Source of the DNA: Chrysomallon squamiferum
Taxonomy: Eukaryota > Animalia > Mollusca
DNA length: 64,000 nucleotides
Assembly (NCBI GenBank): GCA_012295275.1
Contig: CM022674.1
Span: 7,254,001 to 7,318,000 of the forward strand
Direction: 5' to 3'
Each line of letters opens with the position of its first letter. Position 1 is the stretch's first letter. This document shows positions 52,400 to 64,000 of the stretch, piece after piece. Below the pieces are notes generated by a model that saw only the letters and a program-made list of their open reading frames with translations, was not told the DNA's origin and did not search any database. A program made the translations under genes and the position numbers.

Positions 52400-55300
52400 T
52401 ATTGTAATTAATTAATTCATGATGCTGTATTACACAATAATTATATATGATTTTATGTGTTTACATAAATAAGTTTATATGTAGAGCTGCATAAGAACAG
52501 TGCCAGCAACATAAATGTAAAACTCACTAACACATTTTATTAACAGTTAGATGTTTGTGAGTCTCTTTTCAAAATTAGATAAACTGTCATGAATGAAATT
52601 ACAGACAAGTTCATGCTTCTTTATCATGGAAAGTTTTACACTAAGTTCATCTTAATAACCTTCACAGAAACTTTTATCATAAAACTGTCAGTTCTTTAGT
52701 ATATTTCTCCACAAACATAACTGTAGTCACTCTAAATATGCCGACAAATGCAAATTCACATATAAATTATCTTATTTATTGTTGTAAACTATATAAATGT
52801 GATATATGAATCATGTTTTTCATAATTTAGTGTTTTATCATGTTCTATGTTACTCATAAATTGAAATTTGTGTATTCTATTCATGAGTGAGTCTGTTAAA
52901 CTTTGTGTCTGTGAGTATACATTTGTGTGTGGGAAAACCAATTATATGTTTGTACATCTGTCTCTTTATGTGTGTATGTATTTTTTTCTTTATATCAGGG
53001 ATAGGATTTTTGTTTATAATAATACTTTGTCTTTTAATAATTATATGTACAAATTTTAATGGCGTGGATAATATATATGTATTTGAGAACTCCTTGTTGA
53101 CTGCACAAATATAAAATATATCTGTTATAATAATGTAATCTGAGAAATTCAAATAAATGATTCTAACAGAGGTTAAAAAAAATTTAAAAAAAATTTGGCA
53201 TACAATTTGATTTGTGTGTGTGTGTGTGTATGTGTGCAAGCAACAAATCATGAGGAAAATCCTTCATGTACAAAATGATGAAAGTTTCTACTAAGTCGGG
53301 ACCTGTTTTCTACTACTAATCAAATTACGAGTTCTGTTTGTTTGTTGAGATACACATCTTCTCAAGAAATATTCACATTAGGTCATACATTTATTTATGT
53401 TGTCCCTGTTTTAGTGAAATAAAGATTATTCTTTTAACATGATCAGTTGTAAGATCAGTCCTTTCCACTGTACTCATTAGGCTGTGTCTTGTTCCAGTCA
53501 GACTGGTTTGTTTAATGGTTTCATGATCTCCTGTGTTTGGTAAGGTGTGTATTAAAAATATATTTTGCTGCATTTCATTAAGATTTGTATACAACAGTTG
53601 AGGTAAATTTGTGTATAAAATGTTATAAAACATTTCTTGATTATTGTTTGTGTTTTACAACTTGCTCCGAGATAGATTGTAATAGATTATTGTTCATGAG
53701 AACAGAAATAATATTTTGTGTTTAATAAAATACAACAAAAACAATAATAATTGTAGTAGTATTCGATGTGTTACAGTTATAGTATAGTATAGTAGTGGTA
53801 GTACTAATAGTTGTAGTAATATTACTATTATTATTACTAGAACAATAGTGGTAGTGGTATATTATGTAATAATAATAATAAATAATTTTTAATTAAAGAC
53901 TTCAGGTAACAATTCTTTACAAACAGAGAAATGTTCTATTTTAAATTATGTTCATTCAGCAAGATTGTAAAGCAACAAGCCAGTAATGCATTGTTTTTTA
54001 GTTATTTTCATCGTATTAACTGAACCATTTAAAATACATTTAAGTTACTTGAATCACTTTGTGACAGTAAGTGATTGTGTCTTAGAGCCTAGAGATTGTA
54101 TATTTATTCAACCTTTTTTTAAAGAACTGATTGTGCTTAGAATTTAAGTAAAGAAACTTTTCTTTACAGCTTCTGACTTCATTGTGTTAACAACCCTAAT
54201 ATTTTCCTGTACATCAATTTTTGAGTATATTTTTGGTTTTGTAATTAATAGTAAAAAAAATATATCTGATGTTGTAATGCTAATTGTGGTGAGATAAAAA
54301 GCTTATGTTCATACATCTTGTAACAATTTTATTTATTTTTATTGTTTATGAGTGAAGACAGATCACCCAAACATTTATTGACAGATTTTGTTACATTTAT
54401 TTGTACTAATATAATATGGAGTTCCTTTTGATTGATATTGCAATAAAAATCTTTATTTCACTAAAAAAAAAAAAAAACTATTTATTTTTAAAAATTGGGC
54501 ATTTTATAATCATTGTTTGAATGTGATCTTTTATAAATATTAATTATAATTAAACAATCATGAAAAGCAGGTGCATTATCACTGATGTACATGAATTTTA
54601 ACATTACGTTGAGCAATTTATTTGGTGTTTAGAAATGGTGTGTCATGAATAAAGACTGTTGTGAAACTTACCATTAATTTCCATTTATCTGTGATTAAGA
54701 TAATTCTGAGTTGATTAACACATTAAACATTCTGAAATTAACATTTGTACAACAGCTTGGACATTGTTTCAAAACCTGTTAGACATAATTAAGATAACAA
54801 CTCTGGTAACACATGGGTAAGGGTTAAGTAATATGCTCAGCTGCAAGTTTTTACCATTATACTTTAGTGGGAGAATTTGATGTTTGGACTTGGTATAAAT
54901 TATAATACATTTATTACTAATTTACTGAAAAGGAAATTGTTATATTTGTGAAAGTGATGCACACATGAGAAAGGGTGATCATAACATTCCCCCCAATTTC
55001 AAACATTTATTATATAAAGTTCTGAAAACAAACATCTGGCATGTTTACTATATAAATTACCTGCATCAACACACAAAACAGTAAACATCTGTTGTTTAAT
55101 TGTTTATTTACACATTATTGTTTAATGTCATATAGTTACATCGTAATACAAAGATTTTCTTAAACACAGATGTCAAGGTATATGCATAAAACCAAAACAA
55201 GGTTGGTACTTTCGTCCTGAATTATGATGCTTTATGGATAACATCCTTTCAGTCCAACATGAAGTAAATAAGCGTGAATGAAAAATGGCTTGTCTGTTTT

Positions 55301-56718
55301 GACATTGTCAGCATGCATGTGTGTGTGTGTGTTTAGCAGTGAATATTCTTTTTTCTCAAGTTTGTCTGATTAGACTCTACACATAGACAAAATTGGACAA
55401 TGCAATGGGGGAGAAGGACAAAGTCCAATCATGACCTCACAAACATCAGGTTGCCCACTTTCCTGAAGTATGGAGGCAGAGTTTAGATCCAGTCCAGACA
55501 GTCACAACAACCTTTGAAAAGGTCTGTGAATAATTAAGGGGGCAGATATACATACATGTTTGAAGTATGTAGATACTAGGCATGCATGTAGATTTGCAAG
55601 TTTGTATAGTGTGTGTGTTTGAATATATATATATAGATACAAAAAAGTTAGTAATTTTTGTAAAAGCTGTTTTTATTTTCCACATAATTAGTAATAATAA
55701 AAATGAAAAAGTTACAAAAAGGAGAAATATTGGCAGTATTAATGTTTTCTGAGAATGTAAACAAAGATAACTGCTTAAACTATGTTGTCACCTTTGTTGA
55801 GAAATGTAATACTGTCTGACAGTTTGAACATATTTAAAATAGTTAAATAATATGAAATTACCCCGATACATGATTCTTCATTACTAAATACTAAATAATT
55901 TATTATTTGAATTATTATTATTACTATTTTTTATCAATATTAGTATCATTATTATTTATTATCAATATAGCTGTAATCATCATGATTATGTCTTTCTTTT
56001 TGAAAACCAAAAAAAAAAAAAAAAAAAAAAGGACAATACTTTCAAAATTAATTTGATTCACTATAATTTACAAAGTAGTATTTTAGTAATATACAAAAAA
56101 AAAAAAAAAAGAAAGAATTCAGACATCACTTAAAGCAATACATTTACAGCATATAACTTTATTAGTGTATCAATGCATTTATTGTTTGCATAAAACAATA
56201 ATACCCCCCAACCAAAAAAAAAATCATTTCACATTATTTCATTTTAATTGCAATATACCCTGGAAATCCTCAAACACATGCTGGTGATATGAAATGTTGA
56301 AACTAACCATTAACTGATTTGTCATTTTTATTCTTGATAACTACAGAAACCGCATTTTCAAGTCCTAATAAATACCCCCCCCCACAAATCCACCCCCATC
56401 TCTAAAATATAATACAAAATATGACTAATTTAAAATATGGACAAGTTTATTACAGAAGAAACAATGTATGTTACTAGATTATTTTACATTATGGTGAAAG
56501 TAAATTATGACAAAATTTGAAATATGGATTTTTAATTTTTTTTCTGTAAGTTATATATATGCTAAAATCCCATATTAAGGATTTATTTGAAATCATTTTT
56601 TCACTGCCCTACAAAAAGTTGCCATTTTCTTGCCATAACCAAATATCTTCTTTTTTAAATATGGTTAAAAAGGTACTTCTGTGAATGCATGTTTTATTTT
56701 AATTAAAAGCCTTTCACA

Positions 56719-56752
<34 letters not shown>

Positions 56753-59534
56753 AATATAAAAATTAACTTTTGCTGGTTAATAAATACTTTAAATAATAAA
56801 TTATTTAACAGATCATTTAACACCCCAAAGCCCCCAATTAATGTTAAATATATATTTACAATTTCTTTTAATATTTTATCATTTTCAGAGGAAAAAATCC
56901 AACCCCTCCCCAAAAAAAATGAACAACTAATGGTAAGATTAACATAGTATAAAAAGTAAATGATAAAAAAGTAATTAAACCTTTCTAAAATACATACATG
57001 CCAGTAATGGAAGACATAATGCATTAACAAAATGAGAGTAAAAACACGTAAAAACATGCATGCATATACTTATATGTGTATTAATCCATTCATAAAACAA
57101 ACACACACACACACACAATGTACAATGACATAAAAATATAAAGACATACATAAATTTTACATGCAAAATATAAATGTAAGCTATTTCAAAAAGCTGAATA
57201 TATTTCTCTTTAGCAATAAGCAGAATTAAAATTTATTATTTTATTTCATTTAAAGACACTTTCATAAAATAAAACCAACCAACCAAACAAATTAATAAAT
57301 TATTTAAAAAAATATATATATAAAAAAAAATATATTAATTTGCTCATAAAATGTTTAATTATTTTGTAACAGAATTACACCACACCTCAATGTACAGAGG
57401 TAAGAATTGTGAAAACCTGATTACACATGCAAATTAATATTTTCACAACTTGAACAGTATCCTGTGTTTAGGTTTTATTTTATCTTAAAGAGTTATTTCC
57501 CTTGACATGGAATGTGGTGCATGCCAAGAGCTTGCATGCAGATCACAAAAACAGTGATCAAATCAATATTTGAAATGTAAGTCTAGATTCATTTATCTTC
57601 TTCAGATTTGTTTTTAAGTACAAAATTCATAGAAATGTATTCAAATTTCAAAACATGTTTCAAAACACAATACATCTGTAGCCAACATTTCACAACTGTC
57701 AGTTTGCACATTTTCTTCTCAGAACAATTTCCTTTTCATATTCACTTTCATCTTCGTATCTTGTTGCATTCTTCTGTTTTTTTAATTCACAAGTGCATCA
57801 AAGGTGGAAGCAATGATGCATGAGTAACTGGCAGGTTTGAAACTGAGAAGAAGCTACACAATACACTTGAAAACAATCAAACTTTGATATTTTTATGCGA
57901 TGTCTGCTAATCTGGTCTGTGAACATCAAAATCGATGATCTGTGACATAACACTAGATTCTGGACAAGAGAACCTCTCACTGGCACTGTTGACTGGAAGT
58001 CATGTTTTCATTAATTCAACTCATTTACACTACACCAGTCTATTCATGTTAATCAAAATTGGATACACCTGAATTAAACGGAAGGCAAAACAGGACTATG
58101 AAATGTGACAGATTTTGACAGAGCTCCAGTTTGTTCAAGATCTAGCAAAACAGTTTTACTGCATAGAAAATGTAGCATTTTAATATCAAAATTAACACTG
58201 AAAGACAAAGTGTTGTGTATAATTACAACTAATATATCAACACGTGTAAAACTGGCAAAATCCAGACTGAACACTTAACGCACTCATTTTAAAAACCTAA
58301 GGCTTATTGTTATTATTATTAATTTTGTTTATAGCTCATGTTTAACACAATAAATATTAATTAAAAGTGCCCATTTAAGAGGATGTTAGTGAGATCTGGA
58401 CTGAATATTCTCATTTTTAAAAATCTAAAGTTTATTATTATTATTACTATTTTTATTACTATTATTATTATTTTTGTTCATAGCCAAAGTTCTGTCTAAT
58501 AAATATTAATTAAAAAATATGCCCATTTAAAATTATGATAATGAATTATAAAAATAAAAATACAGACAGCTGTCAATGAAAAACAAATTATCCATTTAAT
58601 GGTATTACTATGAAACAAAACGACAGATTAAATTAATAAGACACAAACAAGTTAATTACCAAGTGAAAATCATGTCAACTTCTAATGAAATAGACAAGTC
58701 AAACTACCAAAAAAAAAAGCAAAGTAACAATATAAGTATATCAAAGATTCATTATGCCAAAATAGTTTTAAAAAAAAATCATATTATGGTATCTTAAAAT
58801 GAACACTTTATTATCTTGTCCTTTTCAGTTCAGAAATCAAGACTCATTAATCACATTTTAATTACTTAATTCATTTTTCATGCCAAAGTAGTTCATTTTT
58901 TTATTACTTTTTTTTTACATTATAGCACATCTTAATATCAACTCTTTACTTGATAAGTTTAGAAACATTGTAGACATACATACAGCACTTGTTAATAATA
59001 ACACAATAACAACAACAGTAACAATAAAAATAAAAGTCACTTTTTACAAGACACAACATTATTAATACCTCAATTGCAAACCTCCCCACTGAACACAACA
59101 GATGCTTTTGTTGCACTGCAAAAATTGAATTTTTCTACAAACCATTGCTCTAAAACTGTTTTCACATAGTTCTATTAAAAAACAAAACAATCAGTAAACA
59201 TTATTTCATTCCAAAATGTTCCACCAGCAACAATGTTCCCATTTAAAAAGAAAAATTAAAAAATAATAACAATCTGAGTAAAAAATGTGTTTTAAAACAA
59301 ATATCAAAACAAAACCTTTTTTCATACACCACACATTCAATACAATGTTTTGATTTCTGTAAAAAAATATATGTTGCGCATCAGGTGTAATATATGTGAA
59401 TTCTAGTCTGGATTCCAATGCTGCCTTTCTTGAACAGTGGTCTGAAAGTTCCTGCAATGACAACATAAATAAATAAAGTAAAATTATTCAGAATAGAAAA
59501 CAACAGAGTGTGGCATAGCATGCATAGCAAAAAT

Positions 59535-59840
59535 ACAGTAAAGTATAGTACAGCTCATTATATAATAACACAGTACAGCTCATTATATAATAACACAGTA
59601 CAGTTCTGTTCTGCTTAGCACAGTACAGGATAGTAAGTACTGTTCAGTATGATTCAGTACAGGATAATAAGTACAGTTCACTATGGTACAGTACAGGATA
59701 GAAACCACAGTTCGGTATGGTACAGTACAATATGGTAAGTTTAGTTCAGTATGGTTCAGCAGAGGATAGTAAGCACTGTTCAGTATGATTCAGTACAGGA
59801 TAATAACTACAGTTCAGTATGGTCCAGTACAGTGCAATAG
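59535..59840. repeat. Degenerate CAGTA-based minisatellite (~34 bp unit)
   Basis: Recurring cagtacaggata(g/a)taag(t/c)ac(t/a)gttcagtatg(a/g)tt. Confidence 0.8.
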
Positions 59841-60918
59841 TAAAGTGATTTTAATTCCTAATTTAAACAGTAAAAAAGTGATGCATATAAAACCCCACAC
59901 ACAAAAAACAAATTTTAAGTCACTGAAAAATTACAGTTTGTAACAGTGCTTATACAATTTGTAGGCCGAGTCTATTTTGAGATGGCACTGTAATCAGTAG
60001 CTTCGCCCACATGCCTGAAGCTACAGAATTTGGACAAACACAGTGCCTGTTTCAACAATAATGAATTAGTATTGATCAATGTTTTTCAAATCTGTTTGTT
60101 TTTGAGTTTTTTTTTTGTTAAATAGTGGCAGATCTTCTGTTTTTGCTGTTATTGAATTAAATTTTAATTAATTTTTTTTTTTTTTTTTTTATTTATTTAT
60201 TTATTTATTTATTCATTTTTTCACTTTTTTTTATTTATTTATTTATTTTACCTTTCATTTTCACATAAGAGGCCACTCCAGAATGGGCAATAAAATGTCT
60301 GTAATCATGAGACAAAAGACAATTAATTAGAGACATAGGTATGATATGTAGAATTTTTGAAACATAAACATAAAAGAGTTTTCTTAGATTTTACTTGCTA
60401 TGATTTTATTGCAAACAAAAGTTACCTATCATCTGACAATTGTTGGTATTTTCTCTGCTATAGCTTAAATAAAAAATAATATAAACCAAGTTTTAAAATT
60501 CAATTACTGACATTAACAAAGTGATTAATCTATTTTAGATTCAGCATTTGAGGAAAATTTCTTGGTATTTACAGAATATGCTGTACTCATGTTCTGTATA
60601 GTTATGCTTATGATCCTGAAATCGAGTTTAATTTGCTGTTGATTGTGAGAATTTTGCAAACAAAATAATCATTTATGTCTTAGAGCTCCAGGAATACAAT
60701 TTCCAATAAGTTTAACAAATGCAGTCATGTTTCACTTTTGGAACTGACTTGTTTGTCTGAAAATTGACCACCTGATAGCTCAATCTATATTTAGCAATGA
60801 AAATCATAATAATAATAATAATAATAATAATAAAATAATAATAATAATAATAATATTAAAAAGATTATAAAATGATAATTTTGAAAATTAATTAATAAAT
60901 TTTTTATATACTCACTTA

Positions 60919-63558
60919 TTACTGATTTGATTGGTGACTATCAGAGTGTAATGTGGGAAACTGGATATTACGAATGTTATTAATATCTGTATCTAATTCT
61001 GGTGGTATGAATACTGGTTGGGTGATCATATCATCGGTTGGAGTTGGCAGTGGTTCAGCCCTATCCTCCTGAGATGCTGTGGAATTCTGGGATAATATTG
61101 CTAAGGTGTAAATAAAATATAAAAAGATGAGATAAGAAAGCGATAAAATTAAACTTAACTGAAGAAAGTATTATCTATATAAAGAGGCCCAAAATACTTA
61201 ATTCTCTATTTCTGTCTTTCTTTCACTCCCTTCTTTCTAGCCATTAATTGTTAAATATATAATTTTACTGTCAGTTTCATGTAGTTATTCTTTCTTTCAT
61301 GCACTCCATCTTGTTTGTTAATTCACTCTTTACAAACTCTGAATTTCTTATACATTAACATCACACAGACACACTCAAAACAGATCACACAGTTATGTAT
61401 GCAGTAAAACCACATAGACATGTGCAGCTGGTATGTGTATCAGAATGATAAAAACTGAGATCTTCCTTCAGTGACCTTTGTTCGAATGGTCTTACCGTAT
61501 CAGTGAAGTACAATTCATAAAAATCATGACAGTTACCTCTAAAGAAGATTAAATTATTTTACTGGCTTTATAAAATAAAAGAAAATGGTTTTAACAAGTG
61601 AATTAAAAAAAGAAAAAAAAAAAAATATATATATAATTATAAGAAAGATAATTAATATATAAAAGGTGGGTCAACAGCAACAACTGCAACAAAAAAAAAA
61701 ATAATAATAATAATTGTGGGAAGTACCAAAACAGATCATCAAATTTTTATTGAAACACATTACAACACACACCAAAAAGATCACACATCATGAAAAAAAA
61801 AAAGATATTTATTATTATTAAAATAAACAAAACATCATATCCAAACTCAACTTACGTCGCACTACCCCAACTGGTTTATCTGTATCGTCTCCAGAAATAG
61901 CTCTCTGAGGCAGAGGTTTTCCATTAGCAGTCTTCTTCTGATCTGTATGTGTATTACTATTGGTTTCATTTCTAGTGTTATAATTAGCTCCACCATTACA
62001 GGCTCCATTCTGATTATCATGGCCTATTCCAGAATCGTTATTGTTTGATGAAATTGGGCATTTCCGCTCAGTTTCATCAGGATCTATGATGTCAGAGATG
62101 TGATTTTTTTGAGGTTTGGCAATCATTTGTTTCTTTTTGGAACTATTTTGGCATTCATCATATGATTTTGGAGGTTCAGTATCTTCAGAACTTTGAGTTA
62201 CAACCTCTTTTTGTGAAGTTTCATCAGAACTTTCACTCATTACATTGTTTTGTGAAGTGTTGTCAGGACTTTGAGCCATGGCTTGATTTTGAGAAGTGTC
62301 ATCAGAACTTTGAGCACCAACCTGTTTTCGTGAAGTGTTGTCAGGACTTTGAGCCATGGCTTGATTTTGTGAAATGTCATCAGAACTTTGAGCACCAACC
62401 TGTTTTTGTGAAGTGTTGTCAGGACTTTGAGCCATGGCTTGATTTTGTGAAATGTCGTCAGAACTGTGAGCATGAACCTGTTTTCGTGAAGTGCTGGGAG
62501 AACTCTGAGTAACAACTTCTTTTTGTGAAGTGTTTTCACGATTTTGAGCCACAACTTCTTTTTGTGAAGTGTTTTCATTACTTTGAGCCATGACATGTTT
62601 TCGTGAAGTGTTTTCCTGATTATGAGCCACGACTTCTTTTTGAGAAGTGTTTTCGTGACTTTGAGTCATGACAGGTTTTTGTGAAGTGTTTTCATGATTT
62701 TGAGCCACAACTTCTTTTTGTGAAGTGTTTTCGTTACTTTGAGCCATGACATGTTTTTGTGAAGTGTTTCCACGATTTTGAGCCACGACTTCTTTTTGAG
62801 AGGTGTTTTCGTTACTTTGAGTCATGACTTGTTTTTGTGAAGTGTTTCCACGATTTTGAGTGGTGACTTGTTTTTGTGAAGACACTGAACTTCTAACAAC
62901 TGCTGAATCAAATTCTGTATTATTTACACTGCTGCCTGATTCAGCTGCTGGTGAATTCAGCAAGAGATCGGTCTCCCCTAATCCTATTGGAACAGATACG
63001 TGACCGTTGCCAAGGCTGGTGTCAGCAGTTGTTGGACCCCCATTGGAGATGTTAAGAGATGCGCGTTCAATAAATGGAAAACTTTCTGTGTTGTCATTGC
63101 TGGTGTTATTGCTCTTATTTCTCAGGTACATTTCTGACAAATATAAATAATATGATTATACTGAATTATTTGAACAGAATGGGTAACGGTGACAAATTTG
63201 AGTAGAAAAAAAAAAAAAAATAACAAACCAAATAATGTGAGTAACATAACATTCTTTCCGCCGAGATTAAAAACAAATTAATGAATGACACATATTTTTT
63301 AATAACAGTTATTATTTGTTTTTCTATGATGATGTTACAAGAGAGGAAACATGCTGATTAAACCTGCTTAGCAGTAAATGGTATTTCATCTGCACCTTCC
63401 TGCAGAATACATTTGATAATGTATCATGAGACACTGTTGGTAAAATAGAAATATTCCAAAATCAAAAAAGTGAAAAATAAATTTTAAAAAATGGAAACAG
63501 TTTACCTTTAATTTTCCTTCTCTTCACAAAGGCAACAACTGCAATGATAACAGCCACA
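60919..63558 (-). CDS. 3' part of an uncharacterised single-pass membrane protein with a long low-complexity repeat tail (5' end beyond window)
   Basis: Phase-consistent GT-AG exons: 63506-63558 (VAVIIAVVAFVKRRKIK, TM end plus basic cluster), 61856-63133 (1278 nt, includes repeats) and 60919-61100 (PILSQNST...HQSNQ*). Confidence 0.7.
62180..62885 (-). repeat. Coding minisatellite, 39 bp (13 aa) x ~18
   Basis: Units such as TSQKEVVAQNREN, TSQKHVMAQSNEN and ISQNQAMAQSPDN within the 440-aa ORF. Confidence 0.92.
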
Positions 63559-64000
63559 CTAGAAAAAATAAACATTGAATTAGTAATGAATGTGTGTGAG
63601 TCAGTGTTTGTGCCTAAACCATAAGTCGAATGTTTACTGTGCCAGGTGTTGTTAATTTGTCACTGTTTGCTGTTCATTTTGTACTATAACTTTTAAAATG
63701 AATCCCAATTTCTCTAGCATTATATTTTTAATAGTCTTTGTATTGTTGTCATTGCTGTTATGTTATTATTATTATTTTTAATATCGTTATTACTGTATTA
63801 ACCACTTTTATTATTTTATTACTATGATTATTTATTATTATTATTATCATCAGTGTTACTGCTGTAGTTAGTCACAGTCACACAGATACACACACACACA
63901 CTCACACACAAACACCCTACGTATAACCCATTAATTTTGTTTTACAACTTAAGAAAAGAACGTAATTAACTTTGCTGGGAAAAAAATAAAAAATAAAAAA

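Noticed and set aside
52400-59400. Short ORFs between UBIAD1 and the convergent gene
   Set aside because: AT-rich, microsatellite-derived translations with no recognisable motifs; most likely 3' UTR or intergenic.
63364-63433. Possible extra exon of the membrane-protein gene
   Set aside because: It has AG/GT boundaries, but its 70-nt length breaks the phase between the flanking exons, which join in frame without it.

Overview
AT-rich, microsatellite-rich animal genomic DNA. It looks invertebrate and mollusc-like, which is inference only. The left half holds the 5' ~80% of an intron-rich mTOR gene on the minus strand: 45 coding exons from the ATG at 30315 to the end of the FRB domain at 1949, with the kinase and FATC exons beyond the window start. 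Several mTOR splice junctions have been tandemly amplified. The clearest case is ~25 copies of the FRB exon tail plus its 5' splice site filling 1-1995. Upstream of mTOR are a decayed Tc1 transposon, a ~1.9-kb tandem segmental duplication and a small Ginger-like integrase element. These are followed by two paralogous membrane-anchored HxxxDG (condensation-domain/alcohol-acetyltransferase-like) acyltransferase genes with intronless CDSs, each broken by one frameshift. They sit directly before UBIAD1, so the MTOR/UBIAD1 head-to-head arrangement known from human is present with an acyltransferase pair inserted. The right end holds the 3' part of a single-pass membrane protein gene with an 18x13-aa repeat tail and apparently several introns downstream of its stop codon. 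A 1-nt homopolymer frameshift inside mTOR itself suggests the assembly carries indel errors.
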